Part shown: in pieces, positions 8,850 through 16,895 of the stretch
How the letters are laid out: every line of letters begins with the position of its first letter
How positions within the stretch are numbered: the first letter of the stretch is position 1
Origin: a virus
Taxonomy: Duplodnaviria > Caudoviricetes
Reading direction: 5' to 3' (one strand)
DNA length: 32,266 bases
IMG/VR virus record: IMGVR_UViG_3300042253_000106
Span: 1-32,266 of that record
Notes under the pieces: generated by a model
What the model was told of the DNA's origin: nothing
The model's database searches: none
Seen by the model: only the letters and a program-made list of their open reading frames with translations
Made by a program: the position numbers and the translations under genes

Positions 8850-8901
8850 TCCCCCCTGCCTTTCACACGGCATTGGCACCCCCGCGCCCCCGTTGCGGCG
8901 C

Positions 8902-9240
8902 TGGGGGTCTTGGGGATGTTCATCCCCAGATCCTCTCTCCCGGGGGCCGGGGAAGGGAAAAGGCGGGCCAAACCTTGCCAAAACATTACCGAAAGCCTGA
9001 ACGGCATTTTAACGAACGGGCCGAATTCTGGGGATGTTGGGGATGCGTTGGGGATGAAGAGTTGCGCTTCATCCCCAAGATTTTTACCACCAACCTCTTA
9101 TTTTAATTCATTCTTTTCTCTTTTTGGGGACGATGGGGACGAAAAAAGAGGGAAAGTATGGAAAAAAATATGCAGTGCTTTAGCGGCAAAAAAGAAAGCG
9201 ACAATAGGGGATCGCGTCCCCAACATCCCCAACGCCCCCA
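8902..9240. repeat. Putative phage replication origin: TGGGGAYG iterons around an AT-rich core
   Basis: TGGGGAYG on + at 8911, 9029, 9038, 9049, 9125, 9134 and on - at 8921, 9070, 9215, 9224; AT-rich tracts about 9079-9200; directly after the helicase gene. Confidence 0.75.
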
Positions 9241-9259
9241 AACAGACCGGAGGTCCGCC

Positions 9260-9811
9260 ATGCCGACATGTCCCCGCTACCGCAGCCCGCGCCACCCCAG
9301 GGTGAGCCTTGCCGACCCGTCCGGGCTCGGCGCGCCCGATCTGCCCGGCGCAGCCCAGCCTGCCCCGACCGACGCCCGCGTCGCCGTGCACACCGCCGAT
9401 CACGCCCCCGCCCTGCGCGACTATCCCGCCCCATTGCGCGCGGCTTGTCTCGACTATGCCCGCGCCTTCGCCGCAGCGCGCGCCGGTGATTGCCACGCCA
9501 TTGCCCGGCTCAAGGCGATGGATGCCGCCATCGGCCCCGGCGAGGCCACCTTGCTGCGCTACATCTATGCCGGTCAGCGCGACGCGGTGGTGGTGCCGGT
9601 GACCCTGCGCGCGGTGCTTCGGCTGGTGGTGATCGAGCGGCGCAGGCTGCGCGATATCCTGGCGCTGGCCGGGTTCGATGAGCAGAACGCCCTCGCTCGG
9701 CTACGCCTTGCCGCCGCCCTTTCCGAGGCTGCGCACCGCCTCGCCCTGCATCTGGGCCATGTCGATCCGCGTCCGCTGATCACACGCCGGGCCCCGCCCC
9801 GCCCGATCTGA
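9260..9811 (+). CDS. Putative late-gene transcription regulator (C-terminal DUF6456/sigma4-like HTH)
   Basis: GGAGG RBS then ATG 9260; Q-like position just before the late genes; C-terminal LRAVLRLVVIERRRLRDILALAGF...LAAALSEAAHRLALHLG. Confidence 0.55.
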   Translation: MPTCPRYRSPRHPRVSLADPSGLGAPDLPGAAQPAPTDARVAVHTADHAPALRDYPAPLRAACLDYARAFAAARAGDCHAIARLKAMDAAIGPGEATLLRYIYAGQRDAVVVPVTLRAVLRLVVIERRRLRDILALAGFDEQNALARLRLAAALSEAAHRLALHLGHVDPRPLITRRAPPRPI

Positions 9812-9849
9812 TCGCACCGCCTGATCGCCAAGACAGCGCGCGCTCCGAT

Positions 9850-9936
9850 TTGACCGGATGCGCGGGCGGCGCGCATGGATAGCCGCATCCGATGGCTGCC
9901 GCCGGGCATATCCCTCTTCCATCCGCCCGGCGGCGG
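9850..9936 (+). promoter_or_regulatory. Candidate late promoter/leader with hairpins
   Basis: TTGACC at 9850-9855; inverted repeat CGGATGCG/CGCATCCG (9855-9891); 10-bp stem GCCGCCGGGC/GCCCGGCGGC (9898-9934) with a pyrimidine-rich loop. Confidence 0.4.
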
Positions 9937-9958
9937 TCTCGGCCCTCGGGGGTGTGGC

Positions 9959-10573
9959 GTGCAGATCAGGATCGATCACAATATCAGGCAGGTGCAGCGC
10001 GGGCTGAATGACGTGGCCCGGCGGCAGATCCCGTTCGCGACCAGCAAGGCGATCAATGACGCGCTGCGCGAGATCGAGCGCAACATGATCAAGCGGATGC
10101 GCCGCGTGCTCGACCGCCCGACCCGCTTCACCCTGCGTGCCTTCGCCATCCGACGCGCCAGCAAGCGGCGGCTCACCGGCGCGATCTTCGCAAGGGACCG
10201 GCAGGCGGGTTACCTGAGTTTTGCCGAGTCGGGCGGCACGCGGCGGCCAGACGGGCGGGCGCTCGCCGTGCCGACCGGGCGCAGGCTCAACCGCTTTGGC
10301 AACGTGCCACGCGGCGGGGTGCGCTCCGATCTCGGGAAAGACCGCGTGTTCTCGGGCAAGCCGAAAGGCAATCAGGGTCCGGCGGGCGTCTATCAGCGCA
10401 TGGGCCGCGGCGGTCGCGCCGCCCTGCGCCAGCTCTACATCTACAAGCCCTTCACCCGCTACCTGCGCAAGCCGCTCGGCTTTGGCAAGACAGCCCGCAC
10501 GACCGCCGAGAAGCGCCTGCCGACCTTGCTGCAACGGGCCTTGCTGGCCGCGATCAGGACGGCCCGGCGATAA
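9959..10573 (+). CDS. Basic tail-completion/neck protein (lambda gpZ-like)
   Basis: Likely GTG start at 9959 after GGGGGTG; RQIPFATSKAIND...DRPTRFTLRAF motif; very Arg-rich. Confidence 0.7.
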   Translation: MQIRIDHNIRQVQRGLNDVARRQIPFATSKAINDALREIERNMIKRMRRVLDRPTRFTLRAFAIRRASKRRLTGAIFARDRQAGYLSFAESGGTRRPDGRALAVPTGRRLNRFGNVPRGGVRSDLGKDRVFSGKPKGNQGPAGVYQRMGRGGRAALRQLYIYKPFTRYLRKPLGFGKTARTTAEKRLPTLLQRALLAAIRTARR

Positions 10574-10574
10574 T

Positions 10575-10609
10575 AGGTTCTTTCCCCCATCGCCGCGTGG
10601 GTCTGTTCG
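10575..10609 (+). other. Putative cos packaging region
   Basis: AGGTTCTTTCC...GCGTGGGTCTGTTCG just upstream of the small terminase; resembles the lambda cosQ (GGGTCCTTTCC) and CGCGGGTTTTCG flanks. Confidence 0.5.
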
Positions 10610-10678
10610 AAGGCTTGTTTGGTTTGGGTTTTCTGGCTCCGGCGTAACTGACTGAATCGGTTGAGGTTTTTGATAGCA

Positions 10679-11377
10679 ATGTTGCGAGACCTGACAGCTG
10701 AGGAAAAGGACCTGGTGGCGCGGCATTCGCTGCCCGGGGGGGTGCGCGACGCGCTGGTGAACAAGGCGCAGCTGGGTGACGGGCTGGGGGTTTCGCAAAC
10801 CACGATCTCGGCCTGGCTGCGCGAGGGACTGCCTTTCGAGGAGGCAGGCACCAACGGGCGGGCCTATATGTTCCGGCTGAGCCTCGCTTGGGCGTGGCGT
10901 GCCGCGCGCCAGGCCGAGGATGAGGCCGCCCGCGCGGCGGGCAATGCCGCCGTCGAGCAGCTGCAGATGGCGCTCCTGGGCGGCGACTCGGCGGCCCCGC
11001 AAAGCGGGCTGAGCCTGGCCGATCAGCGCAAGCTGCTGGAGCTCGAGCATCTGCGCGCCATTGCGGCTCGGGATCGCGGCGAGCTCATCCGCCGCGAGGA
11101 TGTGGTGGCGGGGCTCGAGGAGGTGTTCGCCACGCTGCGCGACTCGCTTGACGCGCTGCCCGACCGGCTGGCGCGCGAGATCGGAATCGACGGGGCGCAG
11201 ATCGAGGCGGTGGAGCGGGTCTGTGACGATGCCCTGGGTCTCGCGGCATCGGCGGTGGCCGGGATCATCGGCGAGGCGGCGGCGGATCGGGGCGCGGGCC
11301 AGGAGACGGGCGCGGGTGAGGCCACGGGCGCGGGGGCCAGGGCACGCGCCGATCAAGGCGAGGGGTTGGCGGCATGA
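10679..11377 (+). CDS. Terminase small subunit (Nu1/DUF1441-like)
   Basis: Winged HTH VNKAQLGDGLGVSQTTISAWLREGLP; RGELIRREDV...LDALPDRL; directly upstream of the large subunit. Confidence 0.9.
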   Translation: MLRDLTAEEKDLVARHSLPGGVRDALVNKAQLGDGLGVSQTTISAWLREGLPFEEAGTNGRAYMFRLSLAWAWRAARQAEDEAARAAGNAAVEQLQMALLGGDSAAPQSGLSLADQRKLLELEHLRAIAARDRGELIRREDVVAGLEEVFATLRDSLDALPDRLAREIGIDGAQIEAVERVCDDALGLAASAVAGIIGEAAADRGAGQETGAGEATGAGARARADQGEGLAA

Positions 11378-13467
11378 GCGATCACGCCTGTCTCGACCGA
11401 CCCGGTTCGCTGAATGTAGAGCCATTGCCGCCCTATGCGGGGATGGATGATGCGATTGCCGAGGCGTTGCCGATGCTGCGCCCGCTGGCCCGCGTCAAGG
11501 TCAGCGAAACCGCCACGCGGCGGCGGATCGAGTCGGGGGGCCAGTGGGTGCAGTGGCGGCCGGACGTGGCCCCCTACATGACCGAGCCGATGGATCTGGT
11601 CACCTCGCGGCGGTTCGATTCTATCGCCTTTGTCGGCCCGGCCCGGTGCTCGAAATCCGAGGCGCTGGTGATTAACCCACTGGTGCATGCGGTCTTGGCA
11701 CAACCGCGCAGCGTGGCCGTGTTCAGCCCGCGCAAGCAGGCCGCCACCGAGTGGAGCATGGGCGCGCTCGATCCGTTCATTGCCAACAGCCCCGAGTTGC
11801 GCACCCGGCTGATGCGCGGCAAGGGCGGGGACAACATCCTGAGCAAGCGATTCCGGGGCGGCGCGCGGCTGACCATCGACTGGCCCGCAAAGGACCGGCT
11901 GGCGCAACGCTCGCTGGCACTGGTGGTGGGCACCGATTACGACGCCTTCCCTGAAGATGTGGGCGGCGATGGCGGGGCCTTCGCGCTGATGCGCAAGCGC
12001 ACCGAGGCGGCCGGATCGCGCGGCATGACGATTGTGGAATCAAGCCCGCGCTTTTCGATTCTCGACGAGGCATGGCGGCCCAAGACTCCGCACGAGGCTC
12101 CGCCCTGCGGCGGCATCGCGGCGATCTTCAACCGGGGCACACGCGGCCGCCTCTACTGGACTTGCCGCGATTGTTCGGGCGCGTTCATCCCCAGCCTCGA
12201 GCGGATGCAATGGCCCAAGGAGGGTAGCCCGCATGAGCGGGGCGCGGCGGCGCATATGGCCTGCCCGCATTGCGGATCGGTGATCGAGGCCGGGGCCAAG
12301 CGCGAGATGAATGCCCGCGCGCAGTGGCTGCACGAGGAGGAGGATGGCCGGGCGGTGCCGCTCGGCGATCTCACCCGCCGGGCCAGCACGGCCAGCTATT
12401 GGCTGCCCGGCCCGGCGGCGGCACTGGCGAGCTGGGCGCAGATCGTCACGCGATACCTCGAGGCGCATGCGGTTTTCGAGGCTACGGGTGGCGAGGGCGA
12501 TCTGCGCGCGGTGACCAATACCGAGCTTGGCCTGCCCTACCTGCCGCGCGCCCGGGCCGCGTCGGAATCGCTCTCGGAGGAGGTGTTGCGCGCCGGGGCC
12601 ACCGATCACCCCTGGGGGCAGGTGCCCGCGCGCACCGCCTTCATTCTCGCGGCGGTCGATGTGCAGGTCGGGCGCTTCGCCGTCCAGATCGAGGCATGGC
12701 AGCCCGGCCTCGAGCGGGTGGTGATCGACCGGTTCGATCTGTTCACCCCGCCGGAAGGTGCTCCGGCTGCCGCCGGGCGGCGGATCGATCCGGCGCGCTA
12801 TGGCGAGGACTGGGATGCGCTGCTGGCGCTGGCAGACAGGACGTGGCCGGTCGCGGGCCATGACGGCACAGCCATGCGCGCCCTGGCCGTGGTGGTGGAT
12901 GCGCGCGGCGAGGCGGGGGTGACGCCCAACGCCTACGGGTTTTGGCGGCGGGCAAAGCAGAGCCATCGGGGCCGGTTTCACGTGGTCATGGGCAGGCCCG
13001 GCGACAACGTCAAGCGGGCCGAGGTGCGTTACCCGGAATCGCATCACGCGGGCAAGCGCCACGCGGCGCGCGACGTGCCGGTGATCCGGGCGGGCACCGA
13101 CCGGCTGAAAGACGAGATCGCGGCCTCGCTGCTGCGCCGCGAGGATGGCGCGCGCAAGCTGCATGTCCCGCGCGGCGCGCCTGCGGAGATCTTCGCCGAA
13201 TATGCCGCCGAGCGACGCGGTGACAAGGGGTGGCGGATACGCCCCGGCGTGCAGCGCAACGAGGCGCTCGACCTGTCGGTTTACGGCCTGGCGCTGGCCA
13301 TCGTGCTGGGGGCCGAGGCGGTGGACTGGGACAACCCGCCCGCCTGGGCGCTGCCGGGGCTTGGCAACATGATGCGCGTCGAGACGGGACCGGAGACCGG
13401 GCCCGAGGACGCGCCCGCCGCAAAAAGTGGCGGCTGGGTGGTGCGCAAACCGAAAAGGAGATGGTGA
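11374..13467 (+). CDS. Terminase large subunit (lambda gpA family)
   Basis: APYMTEPMD, VGPARCSKS (Walker A region), ESSP, CxxC...CPHCG, AAVDVQ nuclease motif, RNEALDLSVY. Confidence 0.95.
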   Translation: MSDHACLDRPGSLNVEPLPPYAGMDDAIAEALPMLRPLARVKVSETATRRRIESGGQWVQWRPDVAPYMTEPMDLVTSRRFDSIAFVGPARCSKSEALVINPLVHAVLAQPRSVAVFSPRKQAATEWSMGALDPFIANSPELRTRLMRGKGGDNILSKRFRGGARLTIDWPAKDRLAQRSLALVVGTDYDAFPEDVGGDGGAFALMRKRTEAAGSRGMTIVESSPRFSILDEAWRPKTPHEAPPCGGIAAIFNRGTRGRLYWTCRDCSGAFIPSLERMQWPKEGSPHERGAAAHMACPHCGSVIEAGAKREMNARAQWLHEEEDGRAVPLGDLTRRASTASYWLPGPAAALASWAQIVTRYLEAHAVFEATGGEGDLRAVTNTELGLPYLPRARAASESLSEEVLRAGATDHPWGQVPARTAFILAAVDVQVGRFAVQIEAWQPGLERVVIDRFDLFTPPEGAPAAAGRRIDPARYGEDWDALLALADRTWPVAGHDGTAMRALAVVVDARGEAGVTPNAYGFWRRAKQSHRGRFHVVMGRPGDNVKRAEVRYPESHHAGKRHAARDVPVIRAGTDRLKDEIAASLLRREDGARKLHVPRGAPAEIFAEYAAERRGDKGWRIRPGVQRNEALDLSVYGLALAIVLGAEAVDWDNPPAWALPGLGNMMRVETGPETGPEDAPAAKSGGWVVRKPKRRW

Positions 13468-13468
13468 G

Positions 13469-14134
13469 ATGAAAGCCTACAAACATTGGCGGGATGTGCC
13501 GGGCCATGCCTGGCCCTGGCTGGATTTCAGCCCCGAGGAGATGGCCAGCCGCGACGATGGCAGCCTTATGGTGGATGCCCGCGCGATGGACCGGTTGCAA
13601 AGCTTGCGCGATGCGCTGGGCGCGCCGATGATCATCACCTCGGCCTATCGCAGCCCGGCGCATAACGCCCGCGTCGGCGGGGCCAAGGGCTCGCTGCACC
13701 TTCAGGGGCGCGCCTTCGACGTGTCCATGGCCAATCACGACCCGGCGCTTTTCGAGGCGGCGGCGCGCAAGGCCGGGTTCACCGGGTTCGGCTTCTATCC
13801 CGCGCAGGGATTCATGCACATCGACACGGGCCCTGAGCGGAATTGGGGCACGCCCTTTGCGCCGCGCCCCAGCGGCCGCTTTGCCGCCGAGGCCGCGCCG
13901 GTGCCGCTGCGCCGCGACCCGGTGGTGACGGGGGGCGGCCTTGCCGCGGGCGCGGCCGGACTGACCGGCGGGCTGGCGGCGGCGCAGGCGCAGATCGAGC
14001 AGGCGCACGGGCTCTTCGAGGGTTTCGCCGCGCAGTCCGAGGCGCTGCGCTGGGTGTTGCTCGCCTGTGTGATCGGCGGGGCGGCGCTGGCGATCTGGTC
14101 GCGGCTGCGCGCGCGGCGCGGGCTGGGGGATTGA
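13469..14134 (+). CDS. Endolysin, peptidase M15 (Zn) with C-terminal membrane segments
   Basis: ITSAYRSPAHNARVGGAKGSLHLQGRAFD and FMHIDTG; C-terminal hydrophobic LRWVLLACVIGGAALAIWSR. Confidence 0.88.
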   Translation: MKAYKHWRDVPGHAWPWLDFSPEEMASRDDGSLMVDARAMDRLQSLRDALGAPMIITSAYRSPAHNARVGGAKGSLHLQGRAFDVSMANHDPALFEAAARKAGFTGFGFYPAQGFMHIDTGPERNWGTPFAPRPSGRFAAEAAPVPLRRDPVVTGGGLAAGAAGLTGGLAAAQAQIEQAHGLFEGFAAQSEALRWVLLACVIGGAALAIWSRLRARRGLGD

Positions 14135-14138
14135 GGTG

Positions 14139-14846
14139 ATGGACTCCACGGCCAACCTTTCGCTGCCCTTTCTGATCGCGGATCAGGCCGGAAAGAATGT
14201 GACCCATAACGAGGCGCTACGGCTACTCGACGCGGTGGTGCAGCTATCGGTGATCGACCGTGACCGGATCGTGCCACCCTCGAATGACGTGGCGGATGGG
14301 TCGCGCCACCTGGTGGCTCCCGGTGCCATCGGAGACTGGGCGGGATGGGATGGCAGCGTGGCACTCTATTCGGGAGGGGGCTGGCTGAGGCTGATCCCCA
14401 AGACCGGATGGCAGGCGTTCGTCGAGGCCGAGGGTGTCACGCTGACATATGACGGGTCGCAATGGACAGGGCCGGACGTGCTGGCCCTGGAGGGGGGTGC
14501 TGCGACCCGCGCGCGCGTCGTGGTTTCGGAAACCGGCCCGATGTCGGGGCCGAGCATGGAAACGGGACTGATCATTCCCAATCGCGCCATCGTTCTGGCC
14601 GTGGCGGTGCGCACGGTCACCGATATCACAGGGGCCGCGAGCTTCGACGCAGGGCTCCCGGGGGAGGCGTCGAAATTCGGTGGAAGTCTCGGGGTGGCGG
14701 CGGGATCGGTAAACCTGGGCGTGATCGGGCCGCAGCCGTTCTTTGCCGACACGCCCGTGATCCTGACCGCGAATGGCGGCGACTTCACAGGGGGTGCGGT
14801 GCGCGCGTCCCTTCACGTTCTGGAATTCGACGCGCCGATGGCGTGA
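14139..14846 (+). CDS. DUF2793 protein, RcGTA tail-fibre (Rcc00171)-like
   Basis: TANLSLPFLIADQAGKNVTHNEALRLLDAVVQLSV and GDWAGWDGSVA...W...P..GW motifs; beta-rich C-terminal IPNRAIVLAV...FTGGAVR domain. Confidence 0.85.
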   Translation: MDSTANLSLPFLIADQAGKNVTHNEALRLLDAVVQLSVIDRDRIVPPSNDVADGSRHLVAPGAIGDWAGWDGSVALYSGGGWLRLIPKTGWQAFVEAEGVTLTYDGSQWTGPDVLALEGGAATRARVVVSETGPMSGPSMETGLIIPNRAIVLAVAVRTVTDITGAASFDAGLPGEASKFGGSLGVAAGSVNLGVIGPQPFFADTPVILTANGGDFTGGAVRASLHVLEFDAPMA

Positions 14847-14856
14847 GGGAGGGACG

Positions 14857-15417
14857 ATGAGCCTGCATTCACCAATACCAGCCCAGCTGACCGCCGGAGA
14901 TGACTGGGCCTTTACCTTCGCAAGCCTCGCCGCGTCTTGGCCCGCGCCTGCCTATGCGTTGGCGCTGGCGCTGGCCCCGGCGGCGGGTGGGCCGGGGCTG
15001 GGCGTGCCGGGCGCATTCGAGGATGGGGCCTGGGTGGTGCGCGTGACGGCGACCGAGACCGCGCCGCTTGTCACCGGCGACTGGACCTGGGCGGCGCGGG
15101 TGGTGGCAGCGGCAGACGGGGCGCGCCAGACTGTGGCGCGCGGCGGATTCGAGCTTTTGCCCGACCCGCTGGCCAGCGACGCGGATCGGCGCAGCGATGC
15201 CGAGCGCATCCTGGCCGCCATTGAGGCGCGGATCGAAGGGAGGATATCGAAGGATGCCGATAGCTATTCCATCGAGGGACGGTCGATCAGCCGGATGCCG
15301 ATGGAACAGCTCTTGCGCCTGCGCGGGATCTACCAGCGGGAGGTCGCGGCGGATCGCGCGCGGCGCGAAGGCCGAATGGTGTCGCTCTTCACCCAGAGAA
15401 GGATGGCGATCAAATGA
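14857..15417 (+). CDS. Head-tail joining/adaptor protein (gpW-like C-terminus)
   Basis: GGAGGG RBS; AERILAAIEARIEGR...SYSIEGRSISRMP..QLLRLR motif; directly upstream of portal. Confidence 0.75.
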   Translation: MSLHSPIPAQLTAGDDWAFTFASLAASWPAPAYALALALAPAAGGPGLGVPGAFEDGAWVVRVTATETAPLVTGDWTWAARVVAAADGARQTVARGGFELLPDPLASDADRRSDAERILAAIEARIEGRISKDADSYSIEGRSISRMPMEQLLRLRGIYQREVAADRARREGRMVSLFTQRRMAIK

Positions 15418-16895
15418 GGCTCTGGCCCTTCTCCCGCAAGAGCGATGCGCAGGCCCTGGCGGCGCAGACGCGGCAAGAGCCGGTGCCGCCCAGGCGGCGC
15501 GGTTTCCAGGCGGCACGGCCCGACCGGCTGGCGGGCGGATTCTCGATCTTCGCCGCCAGTCCGCGCGCGGAAATCCGGCGCGACATTCGCGGGCTGGTGG
15601 GCCATGCGCGGCACGCGGCGCGCAACATGGATGTGCAGCGGTCTTACGAGATGTTGGCGCGGCGGCATGTGGTGGGCCCGGCGGGCATCCGGTTGCAGAT
15701 GGATGTGCGCGACGCGCCCGACCGGCCAGACGAGGCCGCCAACCGGCTGATCGAGCAAGCCTGGGCGCGCTGGGGGCGGCGCGGCAATGCCACGCTTTGC
15801 GGTCGGCTGAGCTGGTGGGATGTGGAGAATATCGCGATCACGGGCCTCGTGCGCGAGGGCGGGCTCTTTGTGCGGTTGCGGCGGGGGACGGGGCCTTACG
15901 GACTGCAGGTGGAGCCGCTGCAATTCGACCTGCTCGATCTCGATCTCACGGGCCCGGTACCGGGCGGTGGCGTGGCGGAATCGGGGATCGAGTTCGATGA
16001 TGACGGCCGGGTGCTGGCCTATCACTTCTGGCGGCGGCACCCGGCCGAGGCGCATCATGGTCGCCCCCAGGCGCGGCTGCGCATCCCGGCGCGCGAGGTG
16101 GTGCATGTGCTGGTGCATGAGGAGGTGGGGCAGTCCCTGGGGATTCCGCGCAGTGCCACCGCATTACGGCTGATGAACATGGCCGAGAAATTCCAGGAGA
16201 GCGCGATGGCGGCGGCGCATTACGGGGCCGCCAACATGATGTTTTTCACGCAGGAGGATTCTTCGGGCCAGATCAGCGCCGCGGCCGCCACCGAGGTGCC
16301 CATCGACGAGATGGAGGCGGGCACGATGGCGGTGTTGCCGCCCGGCGTCACGCCCACGAATTTCAGCCCGGCCTACCCGGATGCGCAGGTCGAGCCCTTC
16401 ATGCGTCATATGTCCAACACGATGGCGGCGGGGCTGGGCGTCTCGGCCGAGACGCTGACCGCCGATCTGAGCCGCGCCAATTTCTCGAGCCTGCGCGCGG
16501 GCAAGGGTGAGGAGCGTGACGAGTGGCGGATGCTGCAGCGGGTGCTGTTCGAGGGGCTGCACCAGCCGGTTTTCGATGCCTGGCTGCCCGCAGCCATGGC
16601 GGCGGGCCGTGTTCCGCTGCCGCTGAGTCGGCTGGACAAGTTCCGGTCTGCGACCTGGCGGCCGCGCGGCTGGGCCAGCGTCAATCCCAAGGATGACGCC
16701 AACGCTCGCAAGACGGAGGTCGAGATGGGGCTGCGCTCGCGCACCGAGATCGCCGCCGAGCGGGGCCGGGATTACGCCGATATCGTGGCCGAGCTGGCCG
16801 CCGAGCAGCGGCTGCTCGATGCAAACGGGGTGCGCATGCCCGCGCCCCCGGCGGTGGTGATGATGAGCGGGCAGGATGGAGAGAGCGATGGGTGA
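15414..16895 (+). CDS. Portal protein, lambda family
   Basis: GIEFDDDGRVLAYHF, IPAREVVH, DLSRANFSSLRAG and W.PRGWASVNPKDD motifs. Confidence 0.95.
   Translation: MRLWPFSRKSDAQALAAQTRQEPVPPRRRGFQAARPDRLAGGFSIFAASPRAEIRRDIRGLVGHARHAARNMDVQRSYEMLARRHVVGPAGIRLQMDVRDAPDRPDEAANRLIEQAWARWGRRGNATLCGRLSWWDVENIAITGLVREGGLFVRLRRGTGPYGLQVEPLQFDLLDLDLTGPVPGGGVAESGIEFDDDGRVLAYHFWRRHPAEAHHGRPQARLRIPAREVVHVLVHEEVGQSLGIPRSATALRLMNMAEKFQESAMAAAHYGAANMMFFTQEDSSGQISAAAATEVPIDEMEAGTMAVLPPGVTPTNFSPAYPDAQVEPFMRHMSNTMAAGLGVSAETLTADLSRANFSSLRAGKGEERDEWRMLQRVLFEGLHQPVFDAWLPAAMAAGRVPLPLSRLDKFRSATWRPRGWASVNPKDDANARKTEVEMGLRSRTEIAAERGRDYADIVAELAAEQRLLDANGVRMPAPPAVVMMSGQDGESDG

Noticed and set aside
9029-9240. Short repeats considered as a CRISPR array
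   Set aside because: Units are 8 bp, in both orientations, without unique 30-40 bp spacers, and there are no cas genes; they fit iterons better
8910-9305. ORFs crossing the AT-rich region (8910-9305, 8873-9106, and the 9158 start)
   Set aside because: Atypical composition over the iteron region; the RBS-supported start is 9260
11632-11661. Non-canonical terminase Walker A (GPARCSKSE) as a sign of inactivation
   Set aside because: gpA-family Walker A motifs vary, the Lys-Ser is retained, and the rest of the ORF is intact
3049-13164. Long minus-strand ORFs (e.g. 3049-4698, 5883-8015, 9701-11425, 12040-13164)
   Set aside because: Shadow frames of GC-rich + strand genes; Arg/Pro/Ala-rich with no motifs
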